Below are positions 39,809-49,642 of a DNA stretch of 64,000 bases, piece after piece. How positions within the stretch are numbered: the first letter of the stretch is position 1; the number at the start of each line of letters is the position of its first letter. The stretch is from an uncultured Bacilli bacterium. Lineage in GTDB: Bacteria; Bacillota_I; Bacilli_A; RFN20; CAG-631. The notes beneath the pieces were generated by a model, which did not search any database, was not told the DNA's origin, and saw nothing but the letters and a program-made list of their open reading frames with translations. The stretch covers positions 19,256 to 83,255 of the forward strand of contig CAKPXF010000010.1 of assembly GCA_934201705.1 (NCBI GenBank), in the 5' to 3' direction. The position numbers were made by a program, and so were the translations under genes.

Positions 39809-40070
39809 AATGGACAAATGCAAAATAAAAATAACGTTAATAAAAAAAATTGGAAACACACCATGCCATAGAGGGCATAAGGTTGGCGATAGTTTCGATT
39901 TTGATACTCAAAGGGGAGAAATTTGTCCTTTAGCTATGCATGTTGCCTTCCCATTTATTGATATTTTAAGGTATGGAGGAAGTATTCCAAACAATCCAAA
40001 AGGAACAGCAACATTTTGCTGCCCAGATGCTGACACTATAAATGTTTTTAAAATAGAGGTAGAAGAATAA
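39795..40070 (+). CDS. TIGR04076-like small Cys-containing protein
   Basis: CHRGHKVGDSFDF ... EICPLAMH ... FCCPDADT. 91 aa. Translationally coupled to pdxK. Confidence 0.4.
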   Translation: MRISKMDKCKIKITLIKKIGNTPCHRGHKVGDSFDFDTQRGEICPLAMHVAFPFIDILRYGGSIPNNPKGTATFCCPDADTINVFKIEVEE

Positions 40071-40074
40071 TTAA

Positions 40075-41043
40075 TTATTTTGGCTCAATTGCATAAGATT
40101 TATAGTTATAATCTTTGTAGTCAACTTTTTCCTCTAAATTTGATTTTCTATAACTTGATGGTGTTAATCCTATCATTTTTTTAAATTCATAATTTAACTG
40201 ATTTTTATCTTTAAAGCCAACTTCAGTGGCAATTTTTGAAATTTGATAAGAAGTGCTATATAGTAATTTTTTTGCTTTTTGCACACGTAAAACATTTATA
40301 AAACTCCAAATGGTTTGGCCCATTTGTTTTTTATATTGATGTTCAAGATATGATTTAGATATATTAATATATGCGGCAATTTCAGAAATTGATATATCAT
40401 TTTTTTGATAATTTTCCATAATATAAGAGTTAACCTTTCTAATATATGATATAGCTCCAATAGTTTTGTTTGATATACAATTTGATATTTCAATGAATAA
40501 ACTTATTTCTTTTATTATAATTTGTAAATTATTTTCAATAGTCTTATTTTTATTTTCAAGAATAAGAATTAATTCTTTTAATGTGGTTCCTATTTGTGAT
40601 GTATCATTTGACAAGATGTAGCCATCAGGACTTTTTATGATATTACTTAACTTTGTTTCATTAAAAAGCTTATCAAAATCAATGTTCATTACCTTTCTAA
40701 TACTACCTATCATTTCATGATTTAAATCAGTTGTTAAAAATTCCATATTATAAATAAAGGCTTTTTGTCCTTTGTTCATTTTTAAAATATGGTAGAAATT
40801 TGGCTTAATTAAAATAAATTGACCTTGAGATATAATATGTTCTTCTAAATCAGTTAAATTTTCATCACTTGCTGTTTCAACAGTAAAAGAACCACTACTT
40901 GCATACATTATTTCAAAATAGTTGTGATGATGCATCCACATAGAAAATGTGTCATCGAACCATTTCATATAATATTGAAGAGGAACAATTGCCATGTTTT
41001 TCAGGTTAATTTGTTTGTATGAGTTAGCTTTCATTGTGCACAA
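40075..41043 (-). CDS. AraC-family transcriptional regulator (N-terminal cupin sensor plus C-terminal HTH)
   Basis: The C-terminal ~100 aa form an AraC HTH (ISISEIAAYINISKSYLEHQYKK ... IATEVGFKDKNQLNYEFKKMIGLTPSSYR). Divergent from the glycan locus. Confidence 0.75.
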   Translation of the reverse strand: MCTMKANSYKQINLKNMAIVPLQYYMKWFDDTFSMWMHHHNYFEIMYASSGSFTVETASDENLTDLEEHIISQGQFILIKPNFYHILKMNKGQKAFIYNMEFLTTDLNHEMIGSIRKVMNIDFDKLFNETKLSNIIKSPDGYILSNDTSQIGTTLKELILILENKNKTIENNLQIIIKEISLFIEISNCISNKTIGAISYIRKVNSYIMENYQKNDISISEIAAYINISKSYLEHQYKKQMGQTIWSFINVLRVQKAKKLLYSTSYQISKIATEVGFKDKNQLNYEFKKMIGLTPSSYRKSNLEEKVDYKDYNYKSYAIEPK

Positions 41044-41131
41044 TCTCCTTATTTAATTGCATTTTAATGCAGATTTGCTTAAAATTCAAGCCAAAAGATT
41101 GAAAAAGTGCTTTTTTTTGAAGTTACCCTAA

Positions 41132-41160
41132 TTGTTAAATTGATTTTGTATTGTATAATG
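41132..41160 (+). promoter_or_regulatory. Candidate sigma-70-type promoter for the surface-protein / glycan locus, plus nearby direct repeats (possible AraC-type sites)
   Basis: ttgtta, 16 nt, then tgtataat (TG-extended -10). Direct repeats atacatttg / atacattttg lie at about 41170-41195, 16 bp apart. A palindrome tgcatt-tt-aatgca lies at about 41066-41079. Confidence 0.3.
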
Positions 41161-41278
41161 AGCATGTCAATACATTTGAAAGCGGATACATTTTGGTTAT
41201 AAATTAATAGTCAAATATTTGCTTTTCAAAGTATACAAATTAATTTATAAGGAGGAATCGAGGAAACTCGAAAAAATT

Positions 41279-44200
41279 ATGGAAAAGTATAAAAAACAAA
41301 AATTTTTAGCTGTTTCTTTGTCTTTATTAGCATGTTTTACAATGACTTTACCTCATGTTGAACGTAAAGTTAGTGCTTCTATAGAAGAAGATAGTGTAAA
41401 TCCAATTGCTAGATATGAATTTAAAGATGCAGCAAACCCAGGTAAAGATTCAATGGGTAATTATGATTTAATAACTCAAATTGCTGATGGAAAAACAGAA
41501 GGTGCAGTAAATGTAAGTGAAGGTGTTGCTACATTTGATGGAACAGCAGGTTTAATTCCTGGAAGTGAAGAAAAAGATATTAGTGAAAAATTAAATTCAT
41601 TCACACTTGCATTTGACGTAAAAACATCAGGAACAAATGGTGGATGGGCATCACCAGCTGGATTTGGATGGAATGGTTGGGATGCAACAAAATGGGGAAC
41701 ATTCCAATTTTCATCTGGATCAGATATTTTAAGATTTACAACAGCTAGTAACTTAGTTGAAGGAACAAGTAATGTAGATGGGAATCCAAATCCTTATTGG
41801 GGAAAAGAAATTGGAAATATTGGAACAAGCGATTTTCATAAGGTAATATTAACAGTAAATACATCTTCAACAATTGATGTGTACTTAGATGGTGTAAATA
41901 AGTATTCATATAAAACACCAGAAAATTTCTCATTAAAGGATTCAAACATGAGCTTTGGACTTGGTGGAGATAGCGCTTGGAATCATATTTACAATGCTTT
42001 TATAGGTTCATTAAAGAATGTTGAAATTTATGACTTTGCCTTTAATGAATTACAAACAATTGCTTATAATATCAATGGTTGCTTAACTGCAAAGGATATT
42101 GCAGAACAAGAAGTCGTTAATCCATTATCTAAATATGAATTTGAAGATGAAACAAATCCAGGTAAAGATTCAATGGGTAATTATGATTTAGTAACTAGAG
42201 TAGCAGATGGAAAAACTGAAGGTGCTGTAAGTGTAAGTGAAGGTGTTGCTACATTTGATGGAACAGCAGGTTTAATTCCTGGAAGTGAAGAAAAAGATAT
42301 TAGTGAAAAATTAAATTCATTCACACTTGCATTTGACGTAAAAACATCAGGAACAAATGGTGGATGGGCATCACCAGCTGGATTTGGATGGAATGGTTGG
42401 GATGCAACAAAATGGGGAACATTCCAATTTTCATCTGGATCAGATATTTTAAGATTTACAACAGCTAGTAACTTAGTTGAAGGAACAAGTAATGTAGATG
42501 GGAATCCAAATCCTTATTGGGGAAAAGAAATTGGAAATATTGGAACAAGCGATTTTCATAAGGTAATATTAACAGTAAATACATCGTCAACAATTGATGT
42601 GTACTTAGATGGTGTAAATAAGTATTCATATAAAACGCCAGAAAATTATTCATTAAAAGATGGAAATATGCGTTTTGCATTAGGTGGAGAGTGTGTATGG
42701 GGTAACATATATAATGCTTTTGTAGGTTCATTAAAGAATGTTGAAATTTATGATTTTGCTTTAAATAAAACCCAAGCAGTTCAATATAATGCAACAGGAA
42801 AAGTTTATAGAGCACTTGACGTATTTGTAGAGTCAGCAAACGTTGATTTGAGTTCTCAAATTATCGTTCCTAGCGATGCAAGTGATGAAGAAATTATGCT
42901 TTATGCTCCAGAAACATCAACAGTTGATGTAACAATGTCTAATAAAACAACTGTTAAAGCAACAGTTAAATGGACAAATGTTACTACTGTTAATAATGAA
43001 AAATGCTTAGAAGGAACAATTCAAGGTTTAGCAAATAAAAATAATGTTAAAGCATATGCTAAGATTTCTTTAGCTTCAAATGTTAAAGAATTACTTCCAA
43101 TTGCTAAGTATGAATTTAAAGATGCAACTAACCCTGGTAAAGATTCAATGGGTAATTACAATTTAACAACTATTTTAGCTGAAAATGTCACTGAATCAGG
43201 GATTAAGGTTAATAACGGTGTTGCTACATTTGATGGAACAGCAGGACTTGTAAGTACTGATGAAAATGATATTACAAAGGCTTTAGATACATTTACTTTA
43301 TCATTTACAATTAAAGCAAAAGAAGTTTCATCTTCATGGTCAGAACCAATTGGCTTTGGTTGGAATGATTGGACGCCAACAAAGTGGGCGTTATTTGAAT
43401 TATCAACTTCAAAGGATTTAAGATTTACAACAGCTACTGGAATTGATGAAAATACTGGTTATGGTAATGTTGATGGCAATACAAATCAATGGTGGGGTCA
43501 AGTAATTGGTGATGTTACTGATTATGCAAATATCGTTTTAACAGTATCAGAAGAGACTATTACAATTTACTACAATGGTGCTATTAAGTACCAATATGCT
43601 TTACCTGAAAATTATAGTGTAAGTGGAAATAATATGCACTTTGCAATTGGTGGAAATGGAACTTGGGGTTCTGTACGTAATATGTTTATTGGTGATATTG
43701 CAAATGTTTCTGTATATGATTTTGCTGTTAACGATTTACAAGCAAAAGTATTAAGTGGAACAAATGCTATTAAAACTAATACAATTGGAAATGTATCTTA
43801 TATTGATAGTATTGAAAAAACTCCAGTATTTGAAAATAATCAAATTAGTAAAGAAACATTATATTCAAATATGAGCTGTGATGAAATGCTAGCTTTAGTA
43901 AATAAAGCCACAGTTAATGCTAAACTAAATGATAACACAACAAAAGCATTAAATGTCACATGGAATGAGGTTGTTAATGAAAATGGTGTTTATACATTAA
44001 AGGGTTATGCAAATGCAACAATGCAAGGTGTTTTAACAACACTTAAGGGTGAAGAAATTGAAGTTACATTAAATGTTGAAACTAAAGAAGATCCAGATCC
44101 AACTCCTTCAGTTGAACCAAGTGTAGAGCCTTCGGTTGAACCAAGTGTAGAGCCTTCAAACGAGCCAAGCAGTGAACCTTCAAGTGAAGTAAGTGAAACG

Positions 44201-44356
44201 CCATCTTCTAGTGAAACTACAAATAGTAGTACTCATAATACATCTTCAAATGAAGAAAAGCCAAATGAAAACAAAAAAGGCTGTAAAGGAAGTGTAGCTA
44301 CTCCATTAATGGGATTACTAGCTTGTGCATTACTTTTAAAGAAAAAAAGAAAATAA
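41279..44356 (+). CDS. Large secreted/surface protein with three LamG/ConA-like lectin-fold modules, Pro/Ser/Glu-rich stalk and C-terminal KGCKG-TM-KKKRK anchor
   Basis: Start taken at ATG 41279 (MEKYKKQKFLAVSLSLLACF, a signal peptide) rather than the TTG at 41219. Three copies of a ~240-aa module (AxYEFxDxxNPGKDSMGNY ... DFHKVILTVNTSSTIDVYLDG). A VEPS-repeat linker. Tail KKGCKGSVATPLMGLLACALLLKKKRK. Confidence 0.7.
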   Translation: MEKYKKQKFLAVSLSLLACFTMTLPHVERKVSASIEEDSVNPIARYEFKDAANPGKDSMGNYDLITQIADGKTEGAVNVSEGVATFDGTAGLIPGSEEKDISEKLNSFTLAFDVKTSGTNGGWASPAGFGWNGWDATKWGTFQFSSGSDILRFTTASNLVEGTSNVDGNPNPYWGKEIGNIGTSDFHKVILTVNTSSTIDVYLDGVNKYSYKTPENFSLKDSNMSFGLGGDSAWNHIYNAFIGSLKNVEIYDFAFNELQTIAYNINGCLTAKDIAEQEVVNPLSKYEFEDETNPGKDSMGNYDLVTRVADGKTEGAVSVSEGVATFDGTAGLIPGSEEKDISEKLNSFTLAFDVKTSGTNGGWASPAGFGWNGWDATKWGTFQFSSGSDILRFTTASNLVEGTSNVDGNPNPYWGKEIGNIGTSDFHKVILTVNTSSTIDVYLDGVNKYSYKTPENYSLKDGNMRFALGGECVWGNIYNAFVGSLKNVEIYDFALNKTQAVQYNATGKVYRALDVFVESANVDLSSQIIVPSDASDEEIMLYAPETSTVDVTMSNKTTVKATVKWTNVTTVNNEKCLEGTIQGLANKNNVKAYAKISLASNVKELLPIAKYEFKDATNPGKDSMGNYNLTTILAENVTESGIKVNNGVATFDGTAGLVSTDENDITKALDTFTLSFTIKAKEVSSSWSEPIGFGWNDWTPTKWALFELSTSKDLRFTTATGIDENTGYGNVDGNTNQWWGQVIGDVTDYANIVLTVSEETITIYYNGAIKYQYALPENYSVSGNNMHFAIGGNGTWGSVRNMFIGDIANVSVYDFAVNDLQAKVLSGTNAIKTNTIGNVSYIDSIEKTPVFENNQISKETLYSNMSCDEMLALVNKATVNAKLNDNTTKALNVTWNEVVNENGVYTLKGYANATMQGVLTTLKGEEIEVTLNVETKEDPDPTPSVEPSVEPSVEPSVEPSNEPSSEPSSEVSETPSSSETTNSSTHNTSSNEEKPNENKKGCKGSVATPLMGLLACALLLKKKRK
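41405..42844 (+). repeat. Two tandem 720-bp direct repeats (intragenic), with a ~420-bp core that is ~99% identical
   Basis: 41405-42060 aligns to 42125-42780 at an exact +720 offset. The core 41511-41930 versus 42231-42650 differs at only a handful of bases, and the flanks are ~75-80% identical. A third, more diverged module lies at about 43090-43740. Confidence 0.9.
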
Positions 44357-44432
44357 TTAAGGTTTTAAGTTAAATACTCAAGGGGCTTCACTTGTGTTTT
44401 GGTGAAGTTCTTTGAATAATTAAGGAGGATAT

Positions 44433-46223
44433 ATGAAAAATAATAAATTTAATATTTTATTACTTGTTGGTTTAGCATCTTTATCATTAGTTGGATGTAA
44501 TACTACAGACAATAGTGATAAAAACAATCCGGTAAGCGATGGTGGAGCTTATAATGAAATTGAAGATGAAGATGTAACTTCAATAACAGTCTTTAAAAAT
44601 GATTGGGCTGATTTTAATACGGCAAGATTAAATAACACACCAATTTATTCAACAATTAAAAATAAGATTAATTGTGATATCGAAGCATTAAACTCTTCAA
44701 GTGGTACTTGGGAAGGGCAATTGTCTTTACTTCAAGCTGATGGTGATTTACCTAATATCTTTTTAACAAATGGACCAGATAATTCATTCTTCTTCAATAA
44801 GCTAATTAGAAATGAAGATATTTTGCCAATTTCTGATTGGGTATCAGAAGAACATTATTCAAATATTTATAATTATTTAAAGCAATTTGAATTTTTAAGA
44901 TCAAATGTTTCTTATTCAAATGGAAAAGCTTGGTTTATACCTTCATCTTGGCATCTTGAAAAATCATTATATGTAAGAACTGACTGGATTGAAAACTTAA
45001 ATAAAAAGTTGGATCAAATTTTAGTTTCTGAAAAAATTGTTAACAGTGCAAGTGAAATTACTGATGAAATTAGAAATACTTGGAAATATAAAATTCCAGA
45101 TAACTTACTTGAATTTTATAGATTAGCTAGAGCATTTACATTGTATGATCCAGATAATAATGGAAAAAATGATACATCTGGTTATGTTTCTGAATCAAAT
45201 AAGGATATGGATGCATGGATTTATTTAGCATTTGATGCTGGATGGGATCAATTTATTAAAGAAGGAGATAGCTATATTTATAGTGATATTTCAGATGGTG
45301 CTATGTATGCAACAGCCTTCGTTACTCGTTTAATATCTGAAGGATATATGTCTATTGACTCATTAACTGCTGATAATGAAATTAAGCAATCAAGATTTAT
45401 GAATGGTAAAGCTGGAATGATGTATGCTCATAACTGGTATAACGTTATTGCCTCAGGTTTAATGGCAGCATCTAATCGTACACTTGAAGAAGCTCGTAAT
45501 AGTATTGCTATCGTTGAACCACCAGTAGGTAAAAATGGTTCGCATGGTGGTGGAGGCGAAAAGGGATTCTGGCAAGGATTCTGCATTAATGCCAATATGT
45601 CTAATTCAAGAATTAGAAAATGTTTAGAATTCTATGATTATTTATTAAGTGATGAAGGTTATAACTTATTACAATATGGCGTTGAAGGTGTTAACTATAA
45701 AAAGAATGCCGATGGTACTTTAACTAATCTAATGCCACAAGATGCTGATGGCTTCTATCCATTTTTAACTTCTTATGATTCTGCATCATTACTATATGCT
45801 TTAGTTGACTGGACAATGGCTTATAGATGTGAAGTTGCAACAAATGCTGATATTATTGTAACACGTCAAAGAGAATCAGAAAGGAATTCAGGATTTAGTG
45901 ATTACCCTTGTGTAACAACTGATTCATATGTTGAATGTATAGATGATTGTCACAACTTATTTATTGAAACTATTACAATTCTTGAAAAGAATGATAAATC
46001 ATTATTCTATGATCCAAGTGATGCTACAAATTATAATCCAACAAAATTTAGTTATGATGATTTATATAATTTGCCAAGATCATTCACTAAAAAATGGAGT
46101 TCATTTGTAAGTAATTATAAAGACTCTAAATATGGTGGAGATAGATTTATGAATGATTACAATGAGTATATTAACTCAGGAAAAGCTAAAAAGGTTACTA
46201 TAAGTGACTATATATTTAAATAA
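44433..46223 (+). CDS. Carbohydrate ABC transporter substrate-binding lipoprotein (LplA/YtcQ-like family-1 SBP)
   Basis: Lipobox LSLVGCNTT. 596 aa. Adjacent to LplB/LplC-type permeases. Confidence 0.6.
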   Translation: MKNNKFNILLLVGLASLSLVGCNTTDNSDKNNPVSDGGAYNEIEDEDVTSITVFKNDWADFNTARLNNTPIYSTIKNKINCDIEALNSSSGTWEGQLSLLQADGDLPNIFLTNGPDNSFFFNKLIRNEDILPISDWVSEEHYSNIYNYLKQFEFLRSNVSYSNGKAWFIPSSWHLEKSLYVRTDWIENLNKKLDQILVSEKIVNSASEITDEIRNTWKYKIPDNLLEFYRLARAFTLYDPDNNGKNDTSGYVSESNKDMDAWIYLAFDAGWDQFIKEGDSYIYSDISDGAMYATAFVTRLISEGYMSIDSLTADNEIKQSRFMNGKAGMMYAHNWYNVIASGLMAASNRTLEEARNSIAIVEPPVGKNGSHGGGGEKGFWQGFCINANMSNSRIRKCLEFYDYLLSDEGYNLLQYGVEGVNYKKNADGTLTNLMPQDADGFYPFLTSYDSASLLYALVDWTMAYRCEVATNADIIVTRQRESERNSGFSDYPCVTTDSYVECIDDCHNLFIETITILEKNDKSLFYDPSDATNYNPTKFSYDDLYNLPRSFTKKWSSFVSNYKDSKYGGDRFMNDYNEYINSGKAKKVTISDYIFK

Positions 46224-46240
46224 TTAGGAAAGGGAAAACT

Positions 46241-47935
46241 ATGAAAAAAACTACAAAATTCTTTATTTTTGCATTATGTGTAAGTTCAATACCTGCTTTA
46301 ATTCAAAATACTAGTGATGTTAATGCTGAAAATGATACAGTAATTGAAGCTTTTGCACATTATGAATTTAATGATGCTTCAAATCCTGGAAAGGATTCTT
46401 CAAAGCATGGATTTGATTTAGTTAAGCAAGTAACATCAGCTAACCAAGATGCTATGCAAGTTTTAAAAGATGGCGATGATAGTTATGTTTCTATTAGACG
46501 TGATCAATATGCAACGGGTGTTTCAAAAAACACTGGTGCATACCTATATGCTCCTCAACAAGGAAATACAAGTTATGATTTTTCTGATATGATTAATGGT
46601 TCATATACTTTCTCTGCAACATTTAAATCAGATAATTCAATTGGCCATGGTGATGTTTATGCTATATCATTTGGTCGATATAATTCATGCTTTACAATAG
46701 TACCATGGGCTAATAAATTACAAATTCAAGTTAATAGCTTTGATTTTGCTGAAGGTACAACTGATGAAGAAAAGCAACAATTCTGTGAAACAAACGTTTT
46801 AAATTATACAATTTCAACTATTGATTGGACTAATGTTACAGTTTCTGCTGATGCTGATACTAAAAAATGTAGAATTTTTATCAATGGTAATTTAATGGAA
46901 GAAGTTACTTTACCAGGTGTTAGATTAACTACAAGTCATGATGATTATACATTTGCTATTGGTGCTCAATGTAATATTTATGGTAATTCAGCAACTCAAT
47001 ATGGAAATGTTGATGTTAAAAATCTTCAATTATATGATTGTGCATTATCTGATGCCAATGTAGCTAAGCTTATTAGTGGTGAACAACCAACGCTTAATTT
47101 ACAAGGTGAAGGTACAGTATACGTTGAGTCAATTAGTGAGGTTGATTTAACAACTATTGATGCTCAAATTACTGATGTTAATACAATTGATAATTTATTA
47201 ACAAATGGCTTACCAAATAAATTAAAAGCAAAAACTTCTAATAATATTGAAAGAAGCTATCCAGTATATTGGTATAAAACTAACAATTCAACAATTAAAG
47301 GCTATTTACAAACTGGTGTTATTAATCCACAATTAAAAGAAGTTGAAATTCCATATAACTATACATGTAAGTTTGCTTACGATGAAGACATTATTTCATT
47401 AAAAGAAGTTAAACTTGATGGTAAGGATTTTACTCCAGGTACTGCAATTGATTCTAAAAAGCATTTAATTACATTTAAAATTGATGCTAAAAATGGAGCT
47501 AAAGTTAATAGCGTTGAATACTATGGTATGGAATGGGATGCAGAAGATGATGGAACATATTATATTGATATTGCTGAAGGTGCATTAATTACTATTGATG
47601 CTTCATTACCAAAATATAAGATTACTTATATGGATGGTGATGAAAAGTTAGGTACTAGCACTTACACAGAAAATGGAAATGAAAAGCTATCTACATTTAC
47701 TAAAGAAGGCTATACATTCGTTGGTTGGTATACTGATAAAGAATTAACAAAAGAGTATAGTGCTATTGATTATGCTAATCCAACTGATTTAACTTTATAT
47801 GCAAAATGGGAAGAAGTAAAAAATAATGATGATAACAACAATACAAGTAAAGGTTGTAAGGGAGATGTTGCATTTTCATTTATGGGATTAGTTTCTATTG
47901 CAGGAGCTTTAATAATCTCTAAAAAAAGAAAATAA
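46241..47935 (+). CDS. Secreted/surface protein: LamG/ConA-like domain plus Listeria-Bacteroides repeat, with C-terminal KGCKG-TM-KKRK anchor
   Basis: Signal peptide with AxA site (VNA-EN). The N-terminal module is homologous to those of the 41279 protein (AHYEFNDASNPGKDSS). Flg_new/List_Bact repeat YTFVGWYTDKELTKEYSAIDYANPTDLTLYAKW. Tail SKGCKGDVAFSFMGLVSIAGALIISKKRK. Confidence 0.65.
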   Translation: MKKTTKFFIFALCVSSIPALIQNTSDVNAENDTVIEAFAHYEFNDASNPGKDSSKHGFDLVKQVTSANQDAMQVLKDGDDSYVSIRRDQYATGVSKNTGAYLYAPQQGNTSYDFSDMINGSYTFSATFKSDNSIGHGDVYAISFGRYNSCFTIVPWANKLQIQVNSFDFAEGTTDEEKQQFCETNVLNYTISTIDWTNVTVSADADTKKCRIFINGNLMEEVTLPGVRLTTSHDDYTFAIGAQCNIYGNSATQYGNVDVKNLQLYDCALSDANVAKLISGEQPTLNLQGEGTVYVESISEVDLTTIDAQITDVNTIDNLLTNGLPNKLKAKTSNNIERSYPVYWYKTNNSTIKGYLQTGVINPQLKEVEIPYNYTCKFAYDEDIISLKEVKLDGKDFTPGTAIDSKKHLITFKIDAKNGAKVNSVEYYGMEWDAEDDGTYYIDIAEGALITIDASLPKYKITYMDGDEKLGTSTYTENGNEKLSTFTKEGYTFVGWYTDKELTKEYSAIDYANPTDLTLYAKWEEVKNNDDNNNTSKGCKGDVAFSFMGLVSIAGALIISKKRK

Positions 47936-47950
47936 TAAAGAAAGAGTAAG

Positions 47951-47987
47951 ACATATTTCCTGATATTTTTCAGGAAATATGTTTTTA
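47951..47987 (+). terminator. Rho-independent terminator
   Basis: A 13-bp stem acatatttcctga/tcaggaaatatgt with a 6-nt loop, followed by TTTTTA. Confidence 0.65.
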
Positions 47988-47998
47988 TAGGAAAAGAT

Positions 47999-49615
47999 AT
48001 GAAAAAAGAAGTCAAAAAAATATTAAGCTTATGTTTTAGCATAATGATGATTACATTAACTAATTCGTGTAATCAAGTAAATAATAGCAATGATGCTTCT
48101 TTAACTTCTTTTGAAAGTGTAAATTATGAAAATATAAATACAATAGAAGATATTAATACTTATCAAGGAGAAGTTAAAAAGAACTCAAAAAACAATGATG
48201 ATCCTGTTGAAAATGGCGTTATTAATTGCCCTTATTATACTTTAAGCGTTAATGGAAAAGATGTTAATGTTTATTCAACTCGTTGTGCAATGAGTGTTCA
48301 CTCATTTGCTTGGATTGATGTTTTAAATAGTAAAGACATTAAACTTGATGTTTCACTTAAATTAAAGAATAAACACAAAAATGTTGTAGTTTTACCATTA
48401 AGCAGCAAAGTTGAAGCAACTATAAAGGATGATGAAGTAAAAGCCACAATTACATCTTTAGGAAGTTTTTCATTTGCTTTTGATAAGAAAGTAAATGAAG
48501 GATTAACAATTTATGTATCTTTAAAAGAAGAATTAAAAAATGAAAATAATTATAATGTTTCTACTTTTGAGCCAAATAGTTATACAATAGCACAAACTGA
48601 TTTTAAAGATACTAATACAGTTTATTATTTTAAAAAAGGAACATATACTATTTCCTCAATTAATCTTCCATCAAATAGTATTTTATATTTTGAAAGTGGC
48701 TGTTATTTTAAGGTGGTAGGAGAAACACCCAAGGATGCTTATGCTGGTATTCGTAGTACTGGTACAGAAAATATAAATATTTATGGAAGAGCTATATTTG
48801 ATTTTTCGGCAAATCAAGGCGGAGATGCTACAGTAAAAGGCGTTTTTAACTTTATGAATGTTTCAAATGTAAGATTTAGCGGAATAACAGTTATTAATTC
48901 TAATAGCTGGTCAGTATGCTTTACAAATAGTGACAATGTTTTAGTTGAAAAGATTATGATTTTTGGCTATAGAACATATTCTGATGGAATTATGCTTTCT
49001 GATTGTCAAGATAGTGTTGTTAGAAATTGCTTTGTACGTACTGGTGATGATGCAATTGAAGCTAAATCAACAGGAAGTGAAGAAAGTAATAATTTATTAT
49101 ATGAAAATAATGCTGTTTGGACAGATAAAGCTAGAGCATATGGTTGTATTTATGAATCAAATAAGAATATGGATAATATAGTCTTTAGAAATAATTCTGT
49201 TGGCTTTGCTTTAGCTACATGGACTGATAGACTTGGTTGTTTATCTGTTGCTATGGGTACAAGAAGAACGACTGTTTGGCAAAATATTCATTTTGAAGAT
49301 ATTGAAATATACATGGCATATCATGCTTTAATGAATATCACATTAGCAGATGATATAAGTAATGGAACTGATGGAGGAACAGCTAAAAATATTTATTTTA
49401 AAAACATTAATGCTTATAGGGCATATGGATTAGCTTTAAGAATAAATGTTTTAAAAGGTTCAACACTAGGTAAAGTATATTTAGATAATATTAAATATAA
49501 TGAAAAAGAATTAGAAGAAAAAAACTTAGATAATAAAGATGAAGTAAATATTACTCATTATGATGCTTCATGGTCAAAGAAACTAAATATAAAAGTTAAT
49601 ACTCTAACTGACTAA
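47999..49615 (+). CDS. Lipoprotein with N-terminal beta-sandwich and right-handed beta-helix (clan GH-N / GH28-GH49-like) putative glycoside hydrolase, paralog 1
   Basis: Lipobox-like LTNSC. Motifs YRTYSDGIMLSDCQDSVVRNCFVRTGDDAIEAKS, which resemble NTDG / (Q)DD-x-(I/L)-A of GH28-type enzymes, then AYGCIYES. Confidence 0.45.
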   Translation: MKKEVKKILSLCFSIMMITLTNSCNQVNNSNDASLTSFESVNYENINTIEDINTYQGEVKKNSKNNDDPVENGVINCPYYTLSVNGKDVNVYSTRCAMSVHSFAWIDVLNSKDIKLDVSLKLKNKHKNVVVLPLSSKVEATIKDDEVKATITSLGSFSFAFDKKVNEGLTIYVSLKEELKNENNYNVSTFEPNSYTIAQTDFKDTNTVYYFKKGTYTISSINLPSNSILYFESGCYFKVVGETPKDAYAGIRSTGTENINIYGRAIFDFSANQGGDATVKGVFNFMNVSNVRFSGITVINSNSWSVCFTNSDNVLVEKIMIFGYRTYSDGIMLSDCQDSVVRNCFVRTGDDAIEAKSTGSEESNNLLYENNAVWTDKARAYGCIYESNKNMDNIVFRNNSVGFALATWTDRLGCLSVAMGTRRTTVWQNIHFEDIEIYMAYHALMNITLADDISNGTDGGTAKNIYFKNINAYRAYGLALRINVLKGSTLGKVYLDNIKYNEKELEEKNLDNKDEVNITHYDASWSKKLNIKVNTLTD

Positions 49616-49642
49616 AAGATGTTTTAAAGGAGTGTGGTGTAA

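Noticed and set aside
41219-41278. TTG start at 41219 for the large surface protein, and an SD (AAGGAGG at 41249-41255) separated from the ATG at 41279 by a cgag-gaaa-ctcg mini-hairpin.
   Set aside because: The signal peptide clearly begins at the ATG at 41279 (MEKYKKQKFLAVSLSLLACF). The 20 residues added by the TTG start are charged and not signal-like. The hairpin-shortened SD spacing is an interesting possibility, but a second SD-like GAGGAAA at 41260-41266 explains initiation more simply.
41745-42839. Minus-strand ORFs 41745-41945 and 42465-42839 that share identical peptide segments.
   Set aside because: Their similarity is a by-product of the 720-bp tandem DNA repeat inside the plus-strand surface-protein gene, not evidence of a repeated antisense gene.
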